A DNA stretch of 64,000 nt from positions 42,534,001 through 42,598,000 of the forward strand of contig CM052817.1 of the NCBI GenBank assembly GCA_028534125.1. The letters are read 5' to 3'. Each line of letters starts with the position of its first letter. Positions within the stretch are counted from its first letter, which is position 1. The position numbers were made by a program, and so were the translations under genes. The stretch is from Lama glama. Lineage: Eukaryota. The notes below the pieces were generated by a model, which was given only the letters and a program-made list of their open reading frames with translations, was not told where the DNA came from and searched no databases. Positions 38,035 through 51,400 of this stretch are shown here, in pieces.

Positions 38035-38590
38035 AACAGGACTAATGTTTTCTAGTGACTAAATGCATCCTAAACTTGAGCCACAAAGAAATTTATTGGT
38101 TCATATAACAAAATACGTAAGTCACAGAACCAAACTAGGAGAAAGGCAGAAGGGAAGCCTACCTCAAATAAAACAGGAACTAGGGATCCAAATGTTGGCA
38201 GGGTTCTTCTTTCTCCTTTCAGGAGTATCTCTATTTACTGGCCTTGATTTCCCAAACTGGCATAAACAATACAGCTGATATCTCCTGGACTTAAATTCTT
38301 ATAGCTTCATGACCAGAAAAAATATCTTTCCTATTTATTCAAATTTGAAAAACCTAGAATAGGTCTCTGATTGGCTCAGCTTGGGCCATGTGGTCAGTTC
38401 TTGACCAATCACTGTGGCAAAGGATTTACAATAATATTATTGGCTCAGATTAAGGTAAGTGGTGATTCCTTAACCAAATGCTCTGACGAGAAAGGCAAAG
38501 TTATACAACGAGGAAATGGGTATCTTTAGAATTCACATTAAAGCCAGAGACAGGAGAGAGGAAGTTTTCCCAAAGATAAAAATAGCACAG
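38035..38590 (-). mobile_element. Old MLT1 (K/L-like) LTR
   Basis: aaagaaatttattggttcatataac...ctctgattggctcagcttgggccatgtg...gaccaatcactgtggc. Confidence 0.75.
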
Positions 38591-39427
38591 ACAAGGTTGC
38601 TGAATCATTAAAATCTAAAAATCTACTCCTATTGGTTCATCCCACAGTGGGCATTAAAGAGACATACTAAATATTCTCTAGGTTTGTGTCCCACTGGGAC
38701 AGTCAATTCATAATGTATTTACTTTCCATCTCTAAACTTCTTATCTACCAAGAATGTGAACATTTTAATTTGCTAAAAGTTGGTCAGGCTTTTCTACACA
38801 TGTTATAAAGCAAGAGAACAATTATTCCTATAATTGTATAACTGCTTGGTTCAAATAAAGAGATGAGTCCACTGAGACATCATCACGTCCCTTCTTACTT
38901 GCATACTGTAACATTGCTACACTGCTGGATTTTTTTTCAAAAGCTGGGTTATATTCACTGCAGATGGTACATCTGACTTTAGAGCAGGTGTTGTAGCAGG
39001 TCTGGTCCACAGCATCCTGATGCTTATCACCTGGACAGTTTCCAGCCACAGATTGGACTTTGAGTTTCTGAGGAGATTGTCAGGGAGATTGATAGTGTGA
39101 GCCATATTGGAATTACCCATGATAAATGACACAATTTCCTCCACTCTTCTCAAAAGACAAGCTGTGAATCACAAGACTGTTCAGTTAAACTTGATGAGTA
39201 TCTCTTTCCATGTGGAAGATGCCTAAAACCACATTTACATGCAGACTGGGGTCAGCTGAACAAATCAGAGCACCTAAGCTTCATTGACTCACTCCTGGGA
39301 TATGGAAACCAATTAATGGAGTACAACCCAAGATTTGCAGACCTGAAGGATATTCATGGTAAAAATTCTTTTTGTGATTTAATTTGGCAACTGTTACTTC
39401 TTTCATGCTCAGCACTGTGTCAGGTTT

Positions 39428-39858
39428 TATTAGTTAGCTTAGGCTAGGCTGCAGTAACAAAGTCTGAAATCTCAGTAGTTCAATACAATAAAATTTCAGT
39501 GCTTACTTATTTAACAGCCCAATGATATTGGTGATGTGGGGAGGGGAGGGACAGTGGCAGAGTCTGCTCTAAGCAGTCATTCAGAGACACAAAATTTTTC
39601 TATCTCAATGCCTCTAAATTTAACAGGTCCCCAGAATCATCATGGAAGAAGAAGAAAATTATAAATTATATGTGAGAAATTTTTATGGGATAGATATGGA
39701 AATAATATCTACCAATTATACCATATTCATTGTGTAAAACTGGATGACATATCCCTAATCTAACTGCAACGGGGAATAAAATGTAACTTAGCTGTATGTC
39801 CAGAAAAAAAGAAGAAAAGAGAAATGGATATTGGTGATCATTAGCAATCTTTGCCATG
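39428..39858 (-). mobile_element. MLT1 (I/J-like) LTR
   Basis: tattagttag...ctaggctgcagtaacaaa...aaatctcagtag...cagtcattcagaga...ctaactgcaa...ttggtgatcattagcaatctttgcca. Confidence 0.8.
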
Positions 39859-40240
39859 CAAGCAGTGCAGGAATGCAAATTAGAAAACAGCAAGCCAACT
39901 GAAAATGAGAATCTCCTCAAATAACATCAGTGACTTTTCACCTGCAAGGATGATGCTTCATTTTGTTTCTTTATTACCAACAGATCAAGTTCCCTTCTAG
40001 AATGAGTAAAACTATTTCTTAAACCCAAAAGAAAAATACATTAAAATCTCCAAAATCTCAATATTACCAGCTCAACTATCATAGAGAACGGTCTAAGTAA
40101 TTTGTCGTCTTTAAGTATCCTTAAACTAGAAGGCAAGTAAAATCCAGTTAACAGATTTATCAAAACAGAAAAGGTTCATTATAAAATTTTCAGTACATTT
40201 AAGAAAAGAAACCAGTAATACCATCCATTAACTATTTTCT

Positions 40241-40681
40241 TGGCCATCTTGATGGGGTTATAGATAATCCTGGTTTCTCTTGATTCATTCATGATAAATT
40301 GTTTTTATGAATGAAATTTTACTAGGAAATTAGCCCTCAACCCAACCTCCTGAAATTTAGAAGCATGGGTGATATGTTATAGCCAAGTGCAGTGGGAGGC
40401 TGGGAGAGCAACTTCTGACTACTTCTGGAACATCAGAGGAGGCTTTTATCGTGATCTGGGGGGCCTCAGTAGGAAGGGCAGTAATGTTCATGCTGTCCCT
40501 GACTTCACCCACCATAGTTTTCCTGCCTAAAGATCTGAATTGTTGTACCACATCACTGTACATCACCACATCTAACCTTATAGCAACAAGCTTCTCCTGG
40601 CCATCTTGATGGGGTTATAGATAATCCTGCTTTCTCTTAGTTCATTCATGATAATTTTTTAAATAAAATTTTACTAGGAAA
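40241..40681 (+). repeat. Non-tandem ~85-bp direct repeat (40241-40329 and 40598-40681)
   Basis: Both copies begin with the identical 32-mer tggccatcttgatggggttatagataatcctg and end aaattttactaggaaa. Confidence 0.97.
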
Positions 40682-40849
40682 AAGAGATGAAGAGGAGGAA
40701 AGAGAGATACTAAAGAGAAATAACATTTGAGAGAAACAAATTATATATATATAATATATATATAACATATATATAAATGCTATTGCAGATTTAGATTTCT
40801 TATGCAAATTCAATAGACAGCCAGTAAAAAATATAATAGAGTATTATGC

Positions 40850-41580
40850 CATATTTGCTAAGTGCTTATTATTTACCAGGCATTATTCTAAATGTGTCTG
40901 ATATATACTTGACACCACTCTCATCCTCTTTCAAGGCCTCCTCTGCATTGCAGAAGTGAAGCTGAGAAATTTATTTCCCAGAATTCTCCTTTCTGTAAGA
41001 TTCTTGGTTATGGTTTGCAAATGGTAAAAAAACTACAGGCAATTAGGAAGACTGAAGTCCAGGAGAATTTCTAATTCTCCAGAGGCAGTTTCAGGTAGGC
41101 TTACAGGCTTTCTGGTGAGCCCTTGAGAGTCGCCTGCATTGATGCTGCAGGCAGAGAAAACATGAAAAATTCTCAAGTAGTCTAAAGAACTATAGCAATT
41201 TCCCTGAAAACTTTTATGAGAACCACATATTTTGGTACTTTAATCTGAGATCTCCAATGATAGCTTCCCTGACCTTAAAGGTAGCTTCCTTGACTTAGAA
41301 CGGAGGCTTAACGGCCAACAGCGATGAAAGTCTCTACTTTGATAGTAAACCTTTCATACCCAGGATACACACAATGACTTCTGTTTTACTGATCCCATCC
41401 GACTGATACAAATAATTAAAACCATCTTGTAAGACAGACATACCAGCACATCACCTGTATTTTTGTCAGATGAAACCAAAGCCTAAAGAATGTAAGTATC
41501 TTGTCAAAGGTTGCACAATCAGAATTCCAACCAAGTATGTTGACTCCAGAGATCATGCTCCTCATTATAATTGCTGTACT
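40850..41580 (-). mobile_element. MIR split by an ERVL LTR
   Basis: agtgcttattatttaccaggcattattctaa before 40895; cagatgaaaccaaagcc...cttgtcaaaggttgcac...gactccagag after 41410. Confidence 0.75.
40900..41410 (+). mobile_element. ERVL solo LTR (LTR33/LTR41-like)
   Basis: ctgcattgcagaag...atttcccagaattctcctttctgta...ggaagactgaagt; ends ttctgttttactga...gactgataca. Confidence 0.7.
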
Positions 41581-43084
41581 CTGTCAAGTCAGTACCAGTG
41601 AGAGACAGAAAGCATTTTATAATAAAGCAGTAACTCAACAATTTTCAACATGCACTTTCCTAGTTGGGTACTATGCTTCTCTTTTTTTCTTAAAAACAAA
41701 CAAGAAACCTTCCCTTGAGTTTCTCTCCTATAGTATCAATACTAATGGTTTGCATTAATTTCTTTACCATGTCTACAATCCACCAAATTTATTGGTAACT
41801 ACCGAACTTTCTAGATTTACGAACTTGCTCTCTATCACCTTGCACTATTGGATGCCCAAGCATTGTAGTTTCTGCTCATTTGGTGGTTACAGCTCTTCAC
41901 ACAAACACACACAAGAGTCTTTTTTTTCAATAATTATCACAAAAAAACTGAAATGTCATTAGCAACTGAGCATGACAGCATTGCAAAAGAACTTGGAACA
42001 TTTTCATCAGTGGAAGAAATGGTTCTAAAGTCAAAAAAATTAACAGGGGAAAAAATTCTTATGATGCAAAGTAATCAGGATAGAAGACCAGGGTTCTCAG
42101 CTTAGAAGAGGTATTCATATTTGGGGAGTCACTTTAAACTACAGTTTCTTAAAAGAATTTATCTCTGATTTTCCACTTAATTGCAGAATGAAAAACAAAG
42201 CATATGTGCAAATCTGAATTGTATGCAAGAAAACCTGATTCATCACACGTCTGTGACCATGTGTTTGGGTATATAATCTTTAATAACACATTTAACTTTG
42301 CTTACTAACTCTTTCAGAAGAAATAAACACATGATTGAAAAACTCTTTTCTCTGAGTCTCATAATTAAAACCAAGTTATAATTTTAAATTCTAAACAAAT
42401 TATACTTTAAATACTCTGAATAGTAGCTTCTAGCATTCTTATGACAAACTATAATTACAGACAGAGTAAAATTCTTCACTCCAGATGGGATGAAGAGATA
42501 ATCAGTTATTCTAACTTCTTTCTTGGGGTTTACAATATTCTTCCTGGAATTTTCACAGGGGTCTTCACTAATCTCATTCTAAAAAAAATGAGGACATTGC
42601 AACTAATACAAATTCACTCAGAATCACTGAGAAATCCAGAATGGAAGTGTGTCCAGTTCCATTCCTTTCCTGAAACCCTTGCCAATAAAACCAGAGGAAT
42701 TCTGAGCTAATAGGATATAGCCATACACAAGGGTGAAAGAAAGAAAAATCTTTGCCATAGACTTAAACAGAAAAAGAGAAATATTTATTTATTCACAAGT
42801 TTATCTCTTGTTCTTTGCATGTAATCACGTAGTCAGTCTTTCCCAGCTCCTTCCAAAAATATACTTAAGGTGGTTTTGTACTAACATCGCTCCATTAAAG
42901 AAGTCCTAGATGGGCTTATGTTAATACCATCCTATGTTCATTAGATCATACTGTTATTGCCTTATCCTAAAATAAACCTTGATGGCAAATATTTTGAGGC
43001 ATTCATAATGTGAATGCAACATTTCAGATGCTAGTATTGGGATGTTAAATTTGAACTAAGGTCCCCACCCCCTTGCATACAGGG

Positions 43085-43350
43085 AGGGTTGCTGCTGGTC
43101 CATATTGCACCTTTGGGAGAACGAGAAAAAGACCTCCTGTCTAGGGGAAGGCAGCCCTGTGGCTGCACAGCTTAGCAAGCAGTCAAAGCCTTGGTGAAAG
43201 TTAAGAAAAATCTGCCCCTTGTTCTCAGCAAGGCCATATCAAGCTCTTGGCTTGGCAAGCAGAGTATGAGCTGTGTTGCAGCCCCCACTCACTCCCTGCA
43301 CGGAGTCATTGTGTAAGGTGTAACCAGCGCAGCTATAAGCGATGGCTTCA
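43085..43350. mobile_element. MER91-like hAT-Tip100 MITE
   Basis: agggttgctgctggtccatattgcacctttg...agaaaaag start and gcccccactcactccc...ttgtgtaaggtgtaacc end resemble the recalled MER91 termini. Confidence 0.6.
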
Positions 43351-43623
43351 GGTAAGCCTCTTTCTACCAAAGTCAGTAACCAGAGTATCACCCTAAACAG
43401 CCCATAACCCTGCTATAGACCCCAGATCTTCTGACTCTGCATCACAAAGCATTGTGCGTCTCTTCCTTAAAAGAATGAAATCAATTTTTAACTTTAATTA
43501 TTGCCTTGTAAAATACTTATCTGTAATATTCCATGTTAAATTGTCTTATAAATCAGAGGACAGTTTCATTGCAAATAAGAAACTTTCACCCTTACCCATG
43601 CCCTTTGATTCCAATCGGGAAAT

Positions 43624-43679
43624 TTAGTTAGTTAGTTAGTTAGTTATTTATTTAGTTAGTTAGTTAGGTCATTCTTGCA

Positions 43680-43724
<45 letters not shown>

Positions 43725-43740
43725 CCTACCTATCTATCTA
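43624..43740. repeat. Adjacent tetranucleotide STRs (TTAG)5(TTAT)2(TTAG)4 and (TCTA)11(CCTA)2(TCTA)2
   Basis: Read directly at 43624-43667 and 43681-43740. Confidence 0.98.
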
Positions 43741-43989
43741 GTTTCCTTAAATAATTATTCCAAGTATTATCTACTTTTAATTTACTCTCAAACCCAAACT
43801 CTTCCATCCTTGTCCCTGTGAGTAGCCCCATGTTTTGCTTAAATAAGACCATAGTATAATCATATATGAATCAATTTTCTTCTCTTCTAATTAAGAATAC
43901 CTCCACATTAGTGTTTTGTGAATTTCTTTTCTCTCTCTATTAAAATTTTTGTAGTTTACTTTTGAAGTCTGAACCTCAGTGTTTTTTCT

Positions 43990-44830
43990 TTGAACACAAA
44001 TGTATTTAAATGCCCAAGTATGCCAGATCCTGTGCTATGTGAAGGGAAACATTGGTGAAATATATTGATATATTCCTTCATGAATATAGTTCGACGGGGA
44101 AGTAGACAAGTCCCAGGCAACTAATGATAATGCGATGTGAAAATTGCTCTGACAGAAGATATGGGGTGTTGTGGAAGGACAGATCATAAGTATCCACACC
44201 AGATCTGGTCAATCAGGAGAGACTTTCTAGAGAAAGTGCTGATCTCTGAAGGATGGAGAGGAGTTGGCGATGCAGAGGGAGTGGAGGAAGAGCAGGCTGG
44301 AGAGTCCTAAGGAAGGAAGAATGTGTATAAAGACCTGGATAATTGTGATTATCTTTGGACATAATTCAACAATATGAGACATTAATAGAGCTAGACCAAG
44401 TTCAGTACAATTGGAATATGGGATGCCATGGAGGAACAGTAAAAGAAGAGAAAACAGAAGCAAACAGAGGTAGATGGTTCAGGGTCTTGCAAGATATGTT
44501 TTTTAATTTTAGGGTTTTACTTCATGATTTCAAAATTATAATTTTTCACTGTCCATTCAGCAAATACTTTTCAAGCATCTAGTCTGTGCCAGATTCTACC
44601 ATGAATTAGACACTAACACATTTTCTCTAAGGTAGACTTTTAAGATTCATTAGTGAACAACAGAGCAAAAACCCCTGGTGAAGCATATGTACATTTAAGA
44701 AGAAAGCAATATATCTAAGAAAGAAGTAAATTATATAGAATGATAGAAGCATGGAAAGAAGGAAAAGTAGAATAGAGACAGAGGGTTGGGAGAGGCATGG
44801 AGTTGCATTTTATATACAGAGGAGCGGGTG
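43990..44830 (-). mobile_element. Two L2 3' fragments
   Basis: caaatgtatttaaatgccc...tatgccagatcctgtgcta (43990) and ccattcagcaaatact...ctgtgccag (44553). Confidence 0.7.
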
Positions 44831-44844
44831 GGCTCCATTAAGTC

Positions 44845-45692
44845 TCTCTTCCCTCCCTTTCTGGGCTCCCTAACTTAGTTGTGAGCATCACTGTCCACCC
44901 TGATGCCCATGTTAAAATTCATAGGCTGATAAAGCCTTGGGACTCTGTTCCCTCTTGTATTCCACTGCCCTAAACCACAGCTTCTTTATATCTCATTCAG
45001 ATTATTCAACAAACTCCTACAGTCTCTCTGTTTATTCTTTCTCGATTATAAATTCTTCACCCTTAATCAGAGTTTTCATTATAAATGACAAATGTAGATA
45101 TGCCACTCCTTTGTTCAAAAACCTTTGCCACTTCTGTATTGTCTGCAGATAAGCATCCTGAAACTAAGAATGTCATTCAGAGTCTCCCCTAGTCTGACGT
45201 CTAGCTAGCTGTGAGACCTCATTCAAATTTTTGTTGTGTAGACTGTGATTTAAGCCCACAAGACTAATAAACCTCCAAACAAAGCATTGATGTTGTCTTC
45301 TTTTGGATCTTGTTCTATAACTTTCCTGTTTCATGACTCCATATCTCTTCTCACGATATTTTTTGCTGTCACAATCTCATCTATTTCTCAAGGCAGCTCC
45401 GATTCCCCTTTGTTAGTGAAGAATTTCTTGCTTCTTCCCACTCATTCCAAGTAGGTGTTCCCTTTTATGTGCTCCCATGGGATTTTGTTTAAGCCTCTCT
45501 TTTGGCATACAGGTTTTGCATTTTCATTCTGAACAACTCTGTCTGTAAATATTACAGACAGAAGGCATTACAGGTAATAGACTATAAGCATCCTCGGGAC
45601 AGTGACCTTCCTGATTCTCTTTGTCTCATGCTACCCTGTTTTTTATTTGACTCAATGCTTTCTACAGAGTGGAGGCTCAGTAAGTGTTGAAT
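44845..45692 (+). mobile_element. L2 LINE 3' portion
   Basis: catcactgtccaccc...atgccactcctttgttcaaaaacctt...tagactataagc...gaggctcagtaagtgttgaat. Confidence 0.7.
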
Positions 45693-46529
45693 TTATATTA
45701 TTTTCTTAAACTCTAGTTTAGGAAGAGAGATTTTTTTCTGGCGGTCACTAGATTAGCAATCTTACTCATAGAATTAACATGATGGATAAGAGCATTTTTA
45801 ACAAGCATCTTTTAATAATTATAAATGCCAGATTTCATCAGAAGCCTAGAGCAAGTATTATCACTGTGAGACAAACTAAATGCTACATGTGTCAATATTT
45901 ACACAAGCAGATTACAACAGTGTGGTCTCATCAGTTCAGCTATTGTGTCTTGTGAGCTTAACTAAATTTCAAACTCCATAAGGAACTGCATTTTCCCCTG
46001 AAGTTATTAAAGGGTAGATTTCTTTTAATTAAACTCATTTGCATGACTAAATTAGATTTAATTACTCTCATTCATTTCACTAATACCTTTCTTTGATTGG
46101 AGAAGGAGAACTTTTATAATTGATTAAAATAGGATGTTCTGGCCTCCTCTGTTGATCCTGGAGATCAGTTCTCATTTACGCTTCTAAACGACTCGGGGAA
46201 CAGAAATATCTCTGATCCTGTTCTACTACAAACACTCTCCTTGAACTTGGGATGGACACACAATCACCCTACTCTTCAGTTTCTCCATCAGATAAGCCCT
46301 GTGGTACCAATGGCAATGATAACTGTTTTGACCTCCAGTGCAAAGAACAATGGTGCTTTTGATGTGAAAGTACTTGAAACATGTGTATAAATTCTAAACT
46401 ATGAATATTGCTAGAATTATTAATATCAGAAATTAAAGCTTTTCTTTTAAATTGTGTCTAAAAATGAAATCCCTCATTACTTTTGGGTAGTACTCATTGT
46501 CTTCATCATCTCAGAGTACTGAAATTTAC

Positions 46530-48460
46530 CATCACATTCATTCACTCATGCTTGCATGCATTCATTCAATACAAATTTGTTTTCACACACTCTTCCAGAC
46601 ACACACTAGCCTTGGGTAAAATTCAGCAAACCCTTAAGAAGAACAATAACTCTAATAAGGCATATTCCTCCCTCGGGTTCTCAGTCTTGAGAGAGTTTAA
46701 TAATGTAAACATACGATTTGATAAGCATATAACAGAATCACAGAAAAGGTTCATGGTCGAAAAGGGAAAATTTTCAACTAGGCTTGAAGGTATTTAAAAT
46801 AGATTTTGTGAGATAAGTTTAAAAAGATAGGAGAGGAAGGTTATTCTAGGACAAAGGAATTCTGTGTTCAAAGATAGTCAAGCAAGAATAGAATGATACA
46901 TTTGGAAAACTTTAGCTCATTTTGGCTTAAGTTTTGGATTTGAGTATGAAGTGAGAGGGAACAAGTTTGGAGAAAAACTCATCCAGTGGACGAGCTGGCT
47001 TAAAGCAGGTAAGTAAAATAAAATAAAAACTGTATTTACTATATTTGTGTATTAGAAAGATAATGATGTATGGAAAATAGACTAAAGGTAAGTATATCCA
47101 GATAGGAGAGTCTTTTAAGATAATATATTTCTGAAATAATGTAGTAGCAATAAATTTGGAGAAGAAAACACAAATATAAATATATTTCATGGGTTTTTAT
47201 AAGATAGAACTAATAACCAAAATTTAAATTTTTCTATGTTTCTGCTTTGGATGATTTTTTTAGGTCACGGCTGCACTACTGAAAACAATAAAAGAAACAC
47301 ATTTGGGGGTCAGGAGTATAAGGAATCCTGATTTAAGTTTTGGGTATGTGATTTTGAAATATCTGTATTCATGAAGATAAATACATTGGTCTGGATCTTA
47401 GAAGAGTGATACAGAATAAAGATACAGACTTGGGAGTTCAAACAGAGGTTTTCTGTTTGCTTGTTTGCTTAAATCTGCTCTTTACTTCCTTTTGTGAACA
47501 TACTCCTTTCCTACTTTACTGATTCTGGCTTGACTATCAATCAACGGCCTTGCCTCCCCTCTCAGGCCTGAGAGTACAAGACCCAAGCCAAGCCAACCAG
47601 AAAACAAAACTACATACTGGTAATGATGCAGGGAAAGAGGGACTGACGGTCTTAGTAGCTGTAAGAACAAGCAGGTCGGAGTAACTAATGGCCGTCTTCG
47701 ATCCATACAGGTAAAGTCTGCAAATGAGGCCGACAGCGAGGGGGAGAAAGCTAACAGAAGAAGAAGGGCAGAGGTCCGCTGATATTTTTGAACCACTGGA
47801 TCCAGCCAAGCCTCTAACCTTCCCCTGCATGTTTTAGTCATATGAGTCAATATATTTGGAGTTTTATGCTTTATGCTTGTTTATATTATATTTCTCTGAT
47901 TTGTATCCAAAAGAGTCTTAACTAATTCAGGAGTTTTCATGAAGAGAATCGTAATTCACAGGGAGAGTGAGTGCCATTGCTCAGATCAGAGCATAGTAAG
48001 TGGGAAGAGAAAAAGACCAAGGCAGTATAATCAGGAAGAGCATGAAAATTAAAAGGTAGGTGGAGGGAAGGAACCCCATAAAGAAACCAGGGAAAGAGCA
48101 ATTAAGAGACCAAGAAGAGAGCAGTATAACAGAAGCCAAGAAAGTAACGCTAGTGTCAAGAATAACGGAATGGGGAGAGGTGAGGTCACATTAAATAGGA
48201 CAAGACATATCACCATGTCTGTCTGATTTAGCAATCTAAAGGTTTCAGAGGACTTTAGTATGAAGTGTTTCAGAAGAGTGGAGGGTGCAAGACAGATTGA
48301 ATAGGCATGAGAAAGTAAAGTCAGGGAATTGGATTTATCTTTCAAAAAGATTATCTATAAAGGGAAGTGGGAAATTGGATCTCTTATATGTAAACACAGC
48401 TAGAAAGAGGGTTCCTTTTTAAGTTTGGAGAGACGGCACCTCTGCCTATGTTGAAAGAAA
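46530..48460 (-). mobile_element. L2 LINE split by the MLT1 LTR at ~47450-47929
   Basis: cattcattcactcatgc...cattcattcaa start; gatacagacttgggagtt before the LTR; antisense L2 text resumes after 47930. Confidence 0.7.
47450..47929 (+). mobile_element. MLT1K-like solo LTR
   Basis: gacccaagccaagccaacca...tttgaaccactggatccagcca...ttagtcatatgagtcaata...aaaagagtcttaactaattca. Confidence 0.8.
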
Positions 48461-51400
48461 GCACGATTTTCCCTTGTTCTTTACTGTGTAAATATGGTAC
48501 TTTTTACTGTAGTAGAATTACGGAGATTGAACAAACAATATGCCAGGTAGAAATGAATAGTTGATAAATATGAGTTAGAGGCTTGTTGGTCTCATTCACT
48601 TATATAAGTCCTAGAGGTTTCCCATATTTTGATACTTCATTTTTCTTTCATGCTAAAAAGTAGAATAGTTTGTTTTTCACCAAAACATACATACTAAGCC
48701 ACGACAAGGCATGCTTTCTGCCTTCCATCCGTAACAACAGAAGTAGCAGCTAATGGCTGGCTCATTCACACATATTTAAAACAATACAGTGTATTTGAAA
48801 AACTGTTTTATTACTGAACAGAACTGTATTTCCAACAGAAGGTTGTCATGATCCATTTTAAGATACCTGTGTTAGCTTGAGTTGAGATAATTTGATTTAT
48901 TTCAATAGGCTAAGCTCAAAGCTTTGCATTAGTTGATGACAGTTCTACTGATTACATGCCATTTTTAACCCTTTCATTACAATGTGTAAATCACTTGTAA
49001 TGAGACACTTGGACATGCATTTACTTGTCAGTGTCATCTTTTTAAAAAGGCAATGAAAACAAATATGGAAAACAAAATTTAAAAAGGAAAGCAGAACATT
49101 GCTTCTTAAGTAAAATACCATGTTTTTAGCAAGTGGCCTAATACTCATTAAAAAAAGGAAAAGTCCTCAAATCTTGCAATAAACAACAATGTTCCAGTAG
49201 TCTTTCCCGATCCTGACTGGGAAGCCCTTGGAGGTGGGCACTCCCCTTCCAGTCTGCATTTGGGTATTGGGCCTGGGTGTATACACTCATAAAAGAGAAT
49301 GTGTCAGGAAAAGAAATGGAAACAAACAAATCACAATACCAAAAAGAAGAAAAAAATCCCTCAAACCACACTTTCACAGTCCTCTATTTATACTAGCACA
49401 TTCTGGGAAAATCACTCAAAAACCTGTTACTAATCATTTAAACCTTAGGCTGTCGACATTTTTCTGCTTTGCTAGCCAAACAGTCATGCGCAGCAGCCAG
49501 AGGGTTAAAGAGCCAGATTTCCTGTCCCATCCTGTCGCGTTGTGTGAGCAATATGGAGGACCTCATCATCGCGGCAGAGGCTCCTGTTGAACATGAAGGG
49601 GTCTATCCAGGCAAAAATATGTGCAGCCTTCTGGGCCAGATTTGCTCCGGAAGGGGTTCTACGTTGGCTGTGCAGTGGACTAGGCGGGCCAGACCTGCTG
49701 TTCCACAAAGGCCAAGATTCTCCCTCTGCGTGCCCAGTTCCCCAGCCAGCAGACCACACCCAGCCTGCTCTGCCTGGGTCCAGACACCCTCAGAACCATG
49801 AGAAAGTCTTTGTGTTGTTTTCGGAAATTAAATATACAATCTAATATAAAGTAGATTATCTGGGTTTGGGTAGACCAAAACCAGAAACAATTCAATTTTC
49901 ACGTAGAAATAAAATAAATGAAACAGAACACAGAACTAGACAGTCTATAAGATTTAGACTGTGGAAGACAACAGAATTTTCTATTTCTTGATTTAAAAAA
50001 AACTTAGTCAGTCAACTATATAATAAATTATGTCTCCAGTGGCCTAGGTGCAGTGCTTTAAATGTATTATTTTAATGGAAGATTTGCGATTTGATGATTA
50101 TATGTGCTGTATTCAATTTCTTCAGCAAATATCTTCGGAGGGGTCTATGCCAAGGGAATGAGAAAATAACAGTCTTGAGATCCCTGTCAACCATCATCAT
50201 TGTACTTTGTGACCCACAGTGCGGAATTCTTAATTTTAATTTTCTCCACCTCTGTTCACTTGACTCATTCTCATGCATGCTTGAGTAACAAAATAAGGAC
50301 AAAAATATTGAAAGTAGGTAACATTTTGTGGACAATTATTGTCTTTTCCATTTTATTAAAAAAATCAAACTTCAGATTCCATTTGTTGAGAAATCAGCCC
50401 TCACTATCCTCTTATATGAAGTTCCCCAGTGAAAGTTCAGATTTTGAAAATCTAGTCTCTGACAGAAAAAAAAAAAGGCAGCAGAAACCTATAAAAACAA
50501 GCCAGGGAAAGCTCAAGGTTTGTTCCACTCACCGCCTATGCCAGGGGATGGTTCTCATCAATACCCACCACGACCCAATAGTGTGACCAGAAATTCAAAG
50601 ATAGGCCAAAGATAGGCCTTGCAGGTAAACACAAACTCAGTGAAACATTTGATTTGTCTTTGCTTCCTGAACGTCACAGAAATCTGACTGAACTAAATCA
50701 GTATGTGTCACTGAGACTCTTACTGTCATAGTCAAAGCTCAGTGTTCTAGTGGAGTCTAGTGAAGTCTGACCCAGGATTAACGTAAGCCACCGTGGGTGC
50801 TTGGAGTCAGACTAAAAAACTTAGATTCCATCATGCCCTTAATTATCAAATGCATTTCCTGTGAAGAAAGGAATACTGTTTAAAATATTTGATAATCGAC
50901 AAGGCCATAAGGCTTAATGGAATTGATGATTACACACAGATGGACGATTAACTCTCGAGGTTTAACGTTAAAAAAAAAAAGTTTAACTGTGCTGGATTGC
51001 TACTTAATGGAATTACACTGCCCATATGGAAAAGAACTATACCCTAAATATACCCAGAATGATGGAACAGGTGGCAGAATCTGGGCAAGACTGCTTGGAA
51101 TGCACAAAAGCATTCTGAACTTGTAACTGCCAGAAAAGATTTCTGAAGGAAAAAAAAGAGGGGACTCTTTGAAACTGTGTTAAGTTTCCTACATTTTGGA
51201 AATACAAATTGCAAAAATCATTAGAAAATCGAACCCCAAAGTATAATTTTTCCAGCGGGTGCTTTTTTAAAATACTGTCTTTAGGAAACCTGCAAACTAT
51301 GCTGTTTGTGACTAAGGTAAAGTTTGATGTATGGATCATGAATTAGCTCCGACATAAACTCAGTGAGGGCAGAAACCAAGCTATATCCTCCAGAACATAT

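Noticed and set aside
38770..39360. Unique stretch with ORFs 38828-39049 and 38917-39153 and a faint DF...HSIL resemblance to CR1 reverse transcriptase on the plus strand
   Set aside because: Flanking RT motifs are not recoverable by eye and no protein is recognisable; a Dfam or tBLASTx search is needed.
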